64,000 nt of DNA, taken from the NCBI GenBank assembly GCA_964429485.1, contig CAYSBW010000005.1, forward strand, positions 2,458 to 66,457. Reading direction: 5' to 3'. The position numbers and the translations under genes were made by a program. The notes beneath the pieces were generated by a model. That model searched no databases, was not told the origin of the DNA, and saw only the letters and a list, made by a program, of their open reading frames with translations. Shown here in pieces: positions 51,499-60,863 of the stretch (within the stretch, counting starts at the first letter, position 1; the number at the start of each line of letters is the position of its first letter). This DNA comes from an uncultured Syntrophorhabdaceae bacterium (lineage in GTDB: Bacteria > Desulfobacterota > Syntrophorhabdia > Syntrophorhabdales > Syntrophorhabdaceae).

Positions 51499-52986
51499 AT
51501 GGCTGAAGAAGAAAAAAAGGCACAGGAAGCACAAGCATCGCAGGTGGTTGAAGAAACATCTCTGCTTGATGAGATTGTACAGGCAACTCGCATGAAACCG
51601 ACGGATGAAGGTTATTCCATGACAAAGCAGGGCCTGCAGATTTTTATTGATGAGCTCCTTAAGCCCGGCAGAGAAGTGGATAAGGTAACGCAAGCTACCG
51701 TGGATGATATGATAGCAAATCTTGATCAGAAGCTCAGTGCACAGATGAACGAGATACTTCACAATGATCAATTCCAAAAGCTTGAATCAGCTTGGCGTTC
51801 ACTCAAGTTTTTTGTCGATAAAACAGATTTCAGAGAGAATATAAAGATCGAAATGATTAATGCTACCAAACAGGATCTTCTCGATGATTTTGAGGATTCT
51901 CCGGAAATAACAAAATCAGGTCTTTACAAAACGATATATACAAGTGAATATGGACAGTTTGGTGGCAAACCCTATGGTCTTATTGTCGGTAACTATGAAT
52001 TCGGGCCTGGCGCACAGGACATTAAACTGCTTCAATCCATTGCAAGTGTTGCGACAATGTCCCATGCGCCATTTATAGCTGCTGCCGGTTCCGAATTTTT
52101 TGGACTTGAAAGTTTTTCAGGGCTTCCCAATCTTAAAGATTTGAAATCTATCTTTGAAATGCCCCAATATGTCAAATGGCAATCATTCAGAGAAAGCGAG
52201 GATTCAAGAAATGTATCTCTTACGCTTCCACATTTTTTGTTGCGTCTTCCCTATGGTCCGGAGACCCAGCCAGTGAAAAGCTTTAATTATAAGGAAGATG
52301 TTGCAGATAACGACAAAAAGTTTCTCTGGGGCAACAGCGCCTTTGCCTTTGCCTCCAGGGTAAGTGACAGTTTTGCAAAATACCGCTGGTGTGCCAATAT
52401 CATCGGTCCCCAGGGAGGGGGTGCAGTAGAGGACCTTCCCATCTATCAATATGAAGCCATGGGTGAAATGCAAACCAAGATACCTACTGAAATACTTGTC
52501 TCGGAACGTCGTGAATTTGAGCTTGCCGAAGAAGGTTTTATAGCCTTGACTATGCGTAAGGGAAGTGATAACGCAGCTTTTTTCTCAGCCAATTCCGTGC
52601 AGAAACCGAAGGTTTTTGCTAATACTCCTGAAGGCAAACAGGCGGAAACAAACTACAAACTCGGTACACAGCTTCCCTACACTTTTGTTATCAGCCGTCT
52701 TGCCCATTATATCAAAGTTATTCAAAGAGAAAACATCGGCACATGGAAAGATAAAAACGATATAGAAAATGAGCTGAACAACTGGATAAGGCAATACATC
52801 GCAGATCAGGACAGTGTATCACCCGGAGTAAGGAGCAGACGTCCTTTAAGAAAAGCTCAAATTATTGTTTCCGATGTTGAAGGAGATCCCGGATGGTACA
52901 GGGTAAACCTCATGGTTCAACCCCATTTTAAATATATGGGTGCTTCCTTTACCCTTTCTCTTGCCGGCAAACTAGATAAGAAATAG
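51499..52986 (+). CDS. tssC: T6SS contractile sheath large subunit TssC (VipB)
   Basis: 495 aa with conserved VipB blocks (WRSLKFFV, GQFGGKPYGLIVGNYEF, APFIAAA, LPHFLLRLPYG). Confidence 0.93.
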   Translation: MAEEEKKAQEAQASQVVEETSLLDEIVQATRMKPTDEGYSMTKQGLQIFIDELLKPGREVDKVTQATVDDMIANLDQKLSAQMNEILHNDQFQKLESAWRSLKFFVDKTDFRENIKIEMINATKQDLLDDFEDSPEITKSGLYKTIYTSEYGQFGGKPYGLIVGNYEFGPGAQDIKLLQSIASVATMSHAPFIAAAGSEFFGLESFSGLPNLKDLKSIFEMPQYVKWQSFRESEDSRNVSLTLPHFLLRLPYGPETQPVKSFNYKEDVADNDKKFLWGNSAFAFASRVSDSFAKYRWCANIIGPQGGGAVEDLPIYQYEAMGEMQTKIPTEILVSERREFELAEEGFIALTMRKGSDNAAFFSANSVQKPKVFANTPEGKQAETNYKLGTQLPYTFVISRLAHYIKVIQRENIGTWKDKNDIENELNNWIRQYIADQDSVSPGVRSRRPLRKAQIIVSDVEGDPGWYRVNLMVQPHFKYMGASFTLSLAGKLDKK

Positions 52987-53175
52987 ATAGCGCTGAAATA
53001 TGTGTATGTAAATAAAACCTTTTCAAACAGTTGGGAGTCATAAGCAAAAAAAGGGGGTTAGTCAATCTGATGAAATTTGTTTATTGAGAACAGAATCCTT
53101 TTAACATCAACTGTGAAAAATCAAAAAGCTGCGCATATTTGCGCTACTAAATAAAAAATAAGGAGGAAATTGGCT

Positions 53176-53661
53176 ATGGCAATGACAATTTATATGAAAG
53201 TTACTGGAAAAAATCAAGGTGAGATACAGGGGGACTGTACTCAACAGGGACGTGAAAACCTTATAATGGGTTATGCCATGGATCACAACGTAGAAATTCC
53301 TCGTGATACGCATACCGGGCTCCCTACAGGTCAGAGGATACACAAACCCTTTGTTTTTAGTACAAACATGGGTAAACATGTGCCCAAATTGTTTCAGGCT
53401 TGTTGTTCAGGCGAGCACCTTGACGTGGAAATTACTTTTTTCAGAATCAGCGACAAGGGGCAGGAAGAGAAGTACTTTACCATCAAGATGAAAGAAGCCA
53501 TTGTTGTTAATACCAGAGAATGGTTTCCCTTTACCTTCCTTGAAGAAAACAAACCATACAAACATATGTTGGATATATCATTTACTTATGAAGACATTAT
53601 CTGGACTTATACACCTGACGGAATAGAGGCGGAAGACAACTGGAAAGCACCGAAAGCATAA
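53176..53661 (+). CDS. hcp: T6SS inner tube protein Hcp (TssD)
   Basis: IYMKVTGKNQGEIQGDCTQQGRE...HTGLPTGQRIHKPFVF is a canonical Hcp1-family N-terminus. ATG 53176 lies 9 nt after GGAGG. Confidence 0.92.
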   Translation: MAMTIYMKVTGKNQGEIQGDCTQQGRENLIMGYAMDHNVEIPRDTHTGLPTGQRIHKPFVFSTNMGKHVPKLFQACCSGEHLDVEITFFRISDKGQEEKYFTIKMKEAIVVNTREWFPFTFLEENKPYKHMLDISFTYEDIIWTYTPDGIEAEDNWKAPKA

Positions 53662-53697
53662 GCAGCTACATTAACTCTAATCGGCATAAACAGAGTG

Positions 53698-53745
53698 CAG
53701 GAGGGTACGTATTTAAAACAAAAACCCTCCTGTATCATTTTTTTT
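53698..53745 (+). terminator. Candidate intrinsic terminator/attenuator between hcp and tssE
   Basis: 9-bp stem CAGGAGGGT / ACCCTCCTG with a 17-nt loop. After a 5-nt gap comes a T8 run (53738-53745). Confidence 0.45.
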
Positions 53746-53754
53746 ATTGCGCCA

Positions 53755-54174
53755 ATGAATAGTGAAACTCTTCTTGAAAGAATAAGAAATCTTGATAAGA
53801 GACTTGAAGAAATATCAGATCAGGAATCTCAGGGCAGTTTGTACTCCATACTCCAGCATCTCCGTAAAATTCTTAATACTCGCCAGGGCAGTGTCCTTAT
53901 AGCCGATGACTATGGTATGCCTGATCTTACAAATTTTCCAGGTGAGAACCTTTCAGAGGCAGCTGAAGAGTTGGAAGAAATTATGAAAACTATTATACAA
54001 AGGTATGAGCCCCGCTTGACAAATGTAAAGATAAATTTTGAACCTGAAATCAACGATTATTCAACCTTGAGATTCAAATTGAACGCTGAAATCGTTACAA
54101 GAGAAGATACAAGAACCCCCGTGGTCTTTGAGACGGTTGTTACATCTGAAGGTATGGTAAGGGTAGATACATAA
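53755..54174 (+). CDS. tssE: T6SS baseplate protein TssE (gp25-like)
   Basis: MNSETLLERI... and SILQHLRKILNTRQGS match the gp25/TssE signature. The longer ORF-track start (GTG 53695) lies inside the hairpin and is unlikely. Confidence 0.85.
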   Translation: MNSETLLERIRNLDKRLEEISDQESQGSLYSILQHLRKILNTRQGSVLIADDYGMPDLTNFPGENLSEAAEELEEIMKTIIQRYEPRLTNVKINFEPEINDYSTLRFKLNAEIVTREDTRTPVVFETVVTSEGMVRVDT

Positions 54175-54187
54175 TTGTGATATCATA

Positions 54188-55921
54188 ATGTTTAATAAAT
54201 ACTACGAAGAAGAATTACAAAATCTCAGACAGCTTGCTGTGGAGTTTTCCAGGGCTCATCCTGTAACAGCTCCTATGTTGAGTGGACCTACCATGGACCC
54301 CGATGCAGAGCGTCTCCTTCAGGGTACGGCCTTTTTGACCGGTCTTTTGCACCATAAGATACGGAATGAATTTCCTAAACTTATTGATGAGGTTATTGAT
54401 GTGATATTTCCTCATTACATAAGACCAGTGCCTTCGACATCGATTGTTTTATTCGAACCCAAACCGAATGTACTTGAAATAGTGACTGTAAAAGAAGGTG
54501 TTGTCCTTTCGTCAAACAAGATTGATGGTACATTGTGTCAATTTCAAACCTGCTTTGAAATGGATATTCATCCTTTGCGCCAGATATCAACACAATTTTC
54601 CCGGACAGCAGGAAAAGGAATGCAGATAAGGCTGCTTATGGAATTGACGGGAATTGATCTGTCACGTTGGCGCCCTGAACATCTCTGCTTTTTTCTGGGA
54701 GGTACACATACCCAGGCAATGGATGTTTTTATGCTTCTCAACCATTCTTTAAGCAGGATTATTCTCAAGCCTTCAGATGGTGGTGAAGAAATAATATTAC
54801 CCTCTGATGCACTTAAAGCAACAGGATTTGACGTACAAAAACCCCTCCTCTTCTTTCCGGTTCAATCTTTTTCAGGTTACAGACTCTTGCAGGAGTATTT
54901 TATATTGCCGAGAAAGTTTACTTTTATGGACTTAACAGGATGGGAAAAATGGACGAATCGCGGTAAAGGCAAAAAGTTTGAGATTTTACTCGAATTTGAC
55001 GAAACCACCGATACAACATTGCACATAACAAATGATACTTTTATCATAAATGCTGTGCCTGTAATCAACCTTTTCCGTTATGAAATGGACCCGATTATTT
55101 TTGACCACAAGACAGAAAAGTTAAAGATCATGCCATCTCTTGAATATCCGGATCATTACCAGGTTTTTGATATAGAGAGTGTAACAGGCTATGAACAGGG
55201 CAGTATTTCAAAAAAGGAATATCTTCCTCTTTCTCTCTTTAAGGGGTCGGGAAAGGACAGACATGTATATCAGATAATCAGATCAAGATCACCGGTAAAT
55301 AACAACCCTGAGGTATATCTTTCATTTGCCTATATGCATGATATGCCGGAACCCAGGGAGGAGACCCTTTCCCTGACAGTGATATGCACTAACGGTAATT
55401 TACCGGAGAGACTTCAGATTGGAGATATATGCAAAGCCACTTTTAATTCACCTGAAATGCTTACCTTCAGAAATATACTGCCCCCCACCTTTGCAGTTGA
55501 TCCGCCGACAGATCAGGATGCTGTGTGGAGGCTTATTTCTCATCTTTCACTCAATTACCTACCTATGGCAAATAAAGAAAATCTCAAAGAACTTCTCAGT
55601 CTTTATGTATCACTGGAAGACAGGGACAAAGCAAGACTGGCTGCCAATCTGAAAAGAATTGAGGGGATACTCAACCTCCGCACTGAACCCTATGACCATC
55701 TCTTCAGGGGAAGGATTATGCGAGGTCAGAAGATTGAAATGACGGTTCGTCATGATCAATTTGCAGGCATAGGTGATTTATACCTCTTCGGTTGCATTAT
55801 GGACCGTTTTTTCAGTGCATACAGCAGTATGAATACCTTTACTCAGTTTAGTATGAAAGAAGTTCAGACCGGGGAAATATATCAATGGCCGATAAAGACA
55901 GGGGACAGACTTCTCAGCTAA
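54188..55921 (+). CDS. tssF: T6SS baseplate protein TssF
   Basis: N-terminus YYEEELQNLRQLAVEFSRAHP...DPDAERLLQGTAFLT is the ImpG/VasA signature. Confidence 0.9.
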   Translation: MFNKYYEEELQNLRQLAVEFSRAHPVTAPMLSGPTMDPDAERLLQGTAFLTGLLHHKIRNEFPKLIDEVIDVIFPHYIRPVPSTSIVLFEPKPNVLEIVTVKEGVVLSSNKIDGTLCQFQTCFEMDIHPLRQISTQFSRTAGKGMQIRLLMELTGIDLSRWRPEHLCFFLGGTHTQAMDVFMLLNHSLSRIILKPSDGGEEIILPSDALKATGFDVQKPLLFFPVQSFSGYRLLQEYFILPRKFTFMDLTGWEKWTNRGKGKKFEILLEFDETTDTTLHITNDTFIINAVPVINLFRYEMDPIIFDHKTEKLKIMPSLEYPDHYQVFDIESVTGYEQGSISKKEYLPLSLFKGSGKDRHVYQIIRSRSPVNNNPEVYLSFAYMHDMPEPREETLSLTVICTNGNLPERLQIGDICKATFNSPEMLTFRNILPPTFAVDPPTDQDAVWRLISHLSLNYLPMANKENLKELLSLYVSLEDRDKARLAANLKRIEGILNLRTEPYDHLFRGRIMRGQKIEMTVRHDQFAGIGDLYLFGCIMDRFFSAYSSMNTFTQFSMKEVQTGEIYQWPIKTGDRLLS

Positions 55922-56931
55922 AAGAAAAGCTTCTAAAGGAAGGTCACCACTATTCCTTTATCCAAACATGCCGTCTGTTGCTTTATCTTTTAGACAAAGA
56001 GTCCGGAATTACGGAAACAAGGGATGGCGAAGAGCCTTCCCGACATATACGCATAAGACCTGAACTTACTCTTGCTTTTCCTAAATCCGATGTGTCTGAT
56101 GTAGAAATTTTTTCAGAAGAAAAAAACCTGTACAGAATTACAGCTACTTTTCTTGGTCTATATGGCCCTTCATCTCCTCTGCCGACCTTCTATACGGAAG
56201 ATCTTCTTACAGAACAGGCACATGATCATAGTATCAGCAGAGATTTTATTGATATCTTTAATTCTCGAATATATAAAATGTTTTTTGAGTGCTGGGAATT
56301 TTCAAGATTATTTTATCAGTTATACGAGAAAAAAGATGATAAGACGTTGACGAGATTATTTTGCCTTATAGGTTTTGAAGGTGAAAAAATCAGGGAACTT
56401 ATTAAAAATTCAGAGAGTCTTTTACGTTACACAGGTATTTTAAATCAACTCCCGCGCTCTGCTGAAGGTCTGCGTTCCCTTGTGGCAGGCAACATTGGTG
56501 TAAATAGAGTGCAGGTTATCCAGTGCGTTGAAAGAGTTGTCCCTATACCCTGGAAGCAGAGATTTTCCCTTGGCGTTGGATGCAGCAGACTTGGTGAAGA
56601 TTCCCATATAGGAGAAAGTATACTCGATAGTTCAGGCAAATTTTCTCTAAAAATAGGTCCTGTAGATTATGATACATATAAAAATCTCCTTCCTGATACT
56701 GATAATTTTCGTATAGTAAATCAAGTTGTCGGTGTTTATCTTGATCAACCTCTTTTATGGGATATGGAGCTTCTTATTAAAGGTGAGGATACATCCATTG
56801 CCTGTCTTGGAGGTAATAACTGGTCAAGGCTTGGCTATGATGTATGGGCAGGCAACCCTCTGCCGGAAACGTACAGGGTAAAGTTCCCGGGCCCTCAATC
56901 AAACGCAGGGATCGGGCAAAGTCATTGTTAA
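55885..56931 (+). CDS. tssG: T6SS baseplate protein TssG
   Basis: YSFIQTCRLL start motif and size consistent with ImpH/VasB. Overlaps the tssF end by 37 nt. Confidence 0.88.
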   Translation: MADKDRGQTSQLKEKLLKEGHHYSFIQTCRLLLYLLDKESGITETRDGEEPSRHIRIRPELTLAFPKSDVSDVEIFSEEKNLYRITATFLGLYGPSSPLPTFYTEDLLTEQAHDHSISRDFIDIFNSRIYKMFFECWEFSRLFYQLYEKKDDKTLTRLFCLIGFEGEKIRELIKNSESLLRYTGILNQLPRSAEGLRSLVAGNIGVNRVQVIQCVERVVPIPWKQRFSLGVGCSRLGEDSHIGESILDSSGKFSLKIGPVDYDTYKNLLPDTDNFRIVNQVVGVYLDQPLLWDMELLIKGEDTSIACLGGNNWSRLGYDVWAGNPLPETYRVKFPGPQSNAGIGQSHC

Positions 56932-57055
56932 AGTTAAATATATGCAGTTCTAATCTATATTCTATGTCAGTCAAAATGGAAATGGATTTCAATTTTTTGG
57001 GATAGTATCTCTGGACAGGCCAAAAAAAGGCTCAAATAATTGACAGGAGGAAGAT

Positions 57056-59728
57056 ATGGTACAGGTTGACATCAAATCGCTTCTTATGCATTTAAACGGG
57101 GTATGCACAAAGGCACTCCAGAATGCGGCAGGTCTTTGCGTATCAAGGATGCATTACGAGATTACCGTGGAGCATTTCATTACAAAGGTACTTGAGGAAC
57201 AGGGATCGGATATTCCATTGATTGTACAGCGATTCGGCATTGAAGTCGGGAAGATACAAAAGGCAATAGGACAGTCTCTTGAGGATTATAAAACAGGAAA
57301 TGCCGCAAAACCTGTATTTTCACCGCAACTTCTTGACCTTGTCCAGGATGCATGGCTTATTGCTTCTGTTGATCTTTCAGAAAGGAAAGTACGCTCCGGG
57401 GCAATGCTGCTTGCCTTTCTTGCCAGACCAGCCCTTTATGCTTCGGGACGCTATGCTGACATATTCAGGGATATCAGCATGGATGCATTGAAAAAGGATT
57501 TCTGGGCTATTACAAAATCATCAATTGAAAATGAGGCAATACAGGGTGGAGCTGGTGCTCAGGAATCATCTCCTGTGAGAGGTGATGGTGGTTTTTTAAA
57601 CCGTTTTTGTATGGATTTTACGAGAAGGGCCGCTGCCGGTGATATAGACCCTGTATTCGGACGTGACAACGAAATCAGACAGATGATAGATATTCTTGGA
57701 AGAAGACGTAAAAATAACCCCATATGTGTGGGGGAACCCGGGGTAGGAAAGACCGCTGTGGTGGAAGGCCTTGCTTTAAGGATAATAAAGGATGATGTTC
57801 CAGATATGTTAAAAGGTGTTACACTCCTTGGTCTTGATATGGGCGCTCTTGAGGCAGGTGCGGGTGTAAAGGGAGAATTTGAAAACAGGCTTAAGGGTGT
57901 AATAAATGAGATAAAATCCTCTGAAAAGCCCATGATCCTTTTTATAGATGAAGCACATACGCTTGTAGGCGCAGGAGGGGCATCAAGTGGTGGCGATGCG
58001 GCAAATTTATTGAAGCCTGCCCTGGCCAGGGGTGAGCTGAAAACCGTTGCAGCAACTACTTGGACGGAATACAAGAAGTATTTTGAGAAAGACCCTGCAC
58101 TGGCAAGGCGGTTTCAACTGGTTAAGCTCGACGAACCCGATGTTGACAGCACAATACTTATGCTGAGGGGTTTAAAAGAAAATTATGAAAAGGCACACAA
58201 GGTGGTTGTCAGGGATGATGCTGTGGAGACTGCTGCCCGATTCTCAGACAGATATATCACTGGAAGATTTTTGCCAGACAAGGCCATAGACCTCCTTGAC
58301 ACAAGCTGTGCAAGAGTAAAAATCAATCTTACAGCAAAACCTGTTGCTCTCGAAGCAAAAGAAAGAACGGTTGAAGCCCTGGAACGCGAAATAATGGCTT
58401 TGGACAGAGATAGACTCAACGGAGCTGATATTGATGAAGAGAAATATGAAGACGTTGTAAAGAAAAAAAATGAAGTATCGGGTGAAGCTGATACAATTCG
58501 CGAACGCTGGTTAAAGGAAAAAGAAGCGGTGCAGAAAGTGCTTGCCGTAAGAGATGAACTGCAGGCTCTTGCTCCGGATGACGCTGAGAAGAAAACCGCC
58601 CTTAAAGCCGGTCTTGATGCGGCGGAAAAGGAGCTTGTATCCATCCAGAAAGACAATCCCCTTATACGCATGGAAGTTGATCCCGAGGTGGTGGCACAGG
58701 TTGTTTCGGATTGGACCGGCATACCCCTGGGTAAAATGCTCAAGGACGAGGCTGAAACCATAATCCATCTTGAAGAAAGACTTAAAGAGAGGATCAAGGG
58801 CCAGGATGCTGCCATGAGCGCACTTGCCGAGGTTATAAGGTCTGCAAAATCGGGACTTAAAAACCCTACCCAGCCTATCGGTGTGTTCCTTTTTGTGGGG
58901 CCGAGCGGTACTGGTAAAACGGAATGCGGCCTTGTCCTGGCGGATTTACTGTTCGGCAGTGAAAAAAATGTTGTTACGATAAATATGAGTGAATTTCAGG
59001 AAAGCCATACGGTCAGCCGTCTCATAGGCTCTCCGCCGGGATATGTTGGATACGGCGAGGGTGGAATGCTTACCGAGGCTGTAAGGCAGCGTCCTTATTC
59101 CGTGGTACTCCTTGACGAGTCTGAAAAGGCCCATATAGATGTGATGAACCTGTTCTACCAGATATTCGACAAAGGCATAGCAAACGACGGAGAAGGAAAG
59201 GAGATCAATTTCCGCAATACTATCATCATACTTACAAGCAACCTTGCATCGGATGTGATTCAGGAGATGACATCCGGTGAGGAAAAGTTCCCTGCCGATA
59301 CCATTATGGGTGCCGTAAGACCGGTGCTTTCATCTCACTTCAAGCCTGCGCTGCTTGCCCGTATGACCGTTATACCTTTTAATAACCTGAATACGGACGC
59401 CATGAAACTTATTGTAGAACTGAAACTCAAGAAGATTGAAAAGACATTGTTTGAAAACAACAGAATGATTATGACATACGCCCCTGCCGTAGCAGATGCC
59501 ATAACTGCCCGCTGTACGGAAGTGGAGACCGGCGCGCGCAACATTGATTACATACTTAACGGAAATGTGCTGCCCAGATTGTCCCAGACAATCCTGACGC
59601 ATATGAGCGAGGGCGGGATGCCTTCATCTGTGTATTTTGATGTGGCGGAGGATGGTTCCTTTACTTTTGCTTTTAACGGTGAAACAAAGGAGGCAGAAAA
59701 AAAGACTAAAAAGAAAGGCAAGGCTTAA
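57056..59728 (+). CDS. clpV: T6SS AAA+ ATPase ClpV (TssH)
   Basis: Clp N-domain and two AAA+ modules (GEPGVGKTA with FIDEAH, then GPSGTGKTE with LLDESEKA). SD AGGAGG. Confidence 0.93.
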   Translation: MVQVDIKSLLMHLNGVCTKALQNAAGLCVSRMHYEITVEHFITKVLEEQGSDIPLIVQRFGIEVGKIQKAIGQSLEDYKTGNAAKPVFSPQLLDLVQDAWLIASVDLSERKVRSGAMLLAFLARPALYASGRYADIFRDISMDALKKDFWAITKSSIENEAIQGGAGAQESSPVRGDGGFLNRFCMDFTRRAAAGDIDPVFGRDNEIRQMIDILGRRRKNNPICVGEPGVGKTAVVEGLALRIIKDDVPDMLKGVTLLGLDMGALEAGAGVKGEFENRLKGVINEIKSSEKPMILFIDEAHTLVGAGGASSGGDAANLLKPALARGELKTVAATTWTEYKKYFEKDPALARRFQLVKLDEPDVDSTILMLRGLKENYEKAHKVVVRDDAVETAARFSDRYITGRFLPDKAIDLLDTSCARVKINLTAKPVALEAKERTVEALEREIMALDRDRLNGADIDEEKYEDVVKKKNEVSGEADTIRERWLKEKEAVQKVLAVRDELQALAPDDAEKKTALKAGLDAAEKELVSIQKDNPLIRMEVDPEVVAQVVSDWTGIPLGKMLKDEAETIIHLEERLKERIKGQDAAMSALAEVIRSAKSGLKNPTQPIGVFLFVGPSGTGKTECGLVLADLLFGSEKNVVTINMSEFQESHTVSRLIGSPPGYVGYGEGGMLTEAVRQRPYSVVLLDESEKAHIDVMNLFYQIFDKGIANDGEGKEINFRNTIIILTSNLASDVIQEMTSGEEKFPADTIMGAVRPVLSSHFKPALLARMTVIPFNNLNTDAMKLIVELKLKKIEKTLFENNRMIMTYAPAVADAITARCTEVETGARNIDYILNGNVLPRLSQTILTHMSEGGMPSSVYFDVAEDGSFTFAFNGETKEAEKKTKKKGKA

Positions 59729-59729
59729 C

Positions 59730-60599
59730 ATGAAGCCAGTTCAATATTTTATTTGTTTCATAGCCATTGCAATCATATTTGCAGCAGCCGGCTGCGGCGG
59801 CAAGAAGGGGGTTCTAAAGAGAGATTACAGCAGTGGCGGCCCGATCATACAGGTTGACCCTGCCATACTTCTTGTCGATGAGACACTCTGGCAAACGGTA
59901 AACGAAAATACGAAGAGAAAGGTGTACTTCAATGACCGTCTTACAATGGAAATACTTGAAATTGATAAATCCGAGGCGTCTAAGGATATATCCTTCGTTC
60001 ACAGGCCTGAAGATATAATAGGGTATGTCATGGAAGGAAGTTTTATCATTGCCGTTGGAAAGCAGACAAAACAGATAAACCAGGGGGGTGTATACATAAT
60101 ACCTTCCAATACACCCCACAACGTTATTGCATCAACATCAAAGGCAAAATTGATGAATGTCTATACGCCGGCAAGAGAGGATTTGCGTCCAGGCCCGGAG
60201 GAAATACAGAGGTTTAACGAAAACGACATAAAAAGTTTTGTATATAAATGGTTCGGCCTTTTCGACGAAAAGGCATCTGCATATTCTTTAAGGGGTTTTC
60301 TTGCAGTACAGGGTTTGAATATGGAGCTTCCGGATATCAGGATAGGGTCTCAGGATACTTTTGAAAACTGGTATAAAATCCGATTAAATACAATTGACTG
60401 GAGTAGAAGTGAACTCGATACGGTCAGTATTGCCTTCAAGGGAAAAAAACAGTACTCAGCGGATATTTCTCTCGTTGCAAGTGAGAGAAACTATAACGGG
60501 ACGGTTGTAAAGAAAAAATTCAGGGAGAGCTGGATCATTATTGATACGGGAGAATTGTTGCCGAGAATATTGAGTCGGATTGTTCAGGAGATGAAATAA
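59730..60599 (+). CDS. Lipoprotein with cupin-like N-domain and NTF2/SnoaL-like C-domain (T6SS-associated, unknown role)
   Basis: ATG 59730 lies 1 nt after the clpV TAA. Signal/lipobox IFAAAGC. Cupin-like block FVHRPEDIIGYVMEGSFIIAVG...GGVYIIPSNTPHNV. The C-terminal ~130 aa begins FVYKWFGLFDEKA, and the NTF2-like call for it is inference. The ORF-track start at 59637 sits inside clpV. Confidence 0.6.
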   Translation: MKPVQYFICFIAIAIIFAAAGCGGKKGVLKRDYSSGGPIIQVDPAILLVDETLWQTVNENTKRKVYFNDRLTMEILEIDKSEASKDISFVHRPEDIIGYVMEGSFIIAVGKQTKQINQGGVYIIPSNTPHNVIASTSKAKLMNVYTPAREDLRPGPEEIQRFNENDIKSFVYKWFGLFDEKASAYSLRGFLAVQGLNMELPDIRIGSQDTFENWYKIRLNTIDWSRSELDTVSIAFKGKKQYSADISLVASERNYNGTVVKKKFRESWIIIDTGELLPRILSRIVQEMK

Positions 60600-60674
60600 A
60601 AAGCGCATTCAGCCGTTTGCAGGTCAAGGTTCTCAAGTGTTGTTGGGGAGCAGCCGGTCATTGGCTGAACAAGA

Positions 60675-60704
60675 ATGCCGAACTGCTTCGGCATAGGTTT
60701 TTTT
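60675..60704 (+). terminator. Intrinsic terminator after the clpV-lipoprotein unit
   Basis: 8-bp stem ATGCCGAA / TTCGGCAT with a 4-nt loop CTGC, followed by AGG and a T7 run. Confidence 0.7.
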
Positions 60705-60863
60705 CAAGGCGACACCCGGCAAGAACGTATCGGATGTAAAAATAGAAAAACACACTGGTTATGACAAACCGACAGATCAGGATCAAAGATATCGTAATGT
60801 TTGCGGAAACAGCAGGCCGGTTGATATGAAAATTGACTGCCGATTTTGTAAGGAGGCATGAAT

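Noticed and set aside
53070-53087. Five-codon uORF (MKFVY) with an upstream GGGGG in the tssC-hcp gap.
   Set aside because: It is too short and has a 12-nt SD spacing. Nothing in the sequence distinguishes it from chance.
53131-53144. GCGCATATTTGCGC near-palindrome upstream of hcp, considered as an operator or sigma54 site.
   Set aside because: The palindrome is imperfect, there is no GG at the required -24 spacing, and the 5-bp stem is too short to argue for a function without comparative data.
57017-57033. GG-N10-GC spacing (AGGCCAAAAAAAGGCT) upstream of clpV as a sigma54 promoter.
   Set aside because: Apart from the GG and GC dinucleotides, neither box resembles TGGCAC or TTGCA. This is probably a chance match in an A-rich stretch.
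57559-58815. Two long minus-strand ORFs (171 and 210 aa) inside clpV.
   Set aside because: Ser/Ala/Pro-rich shadow frames opposite a strongly supported AAA+ gene, with no start-site signals.
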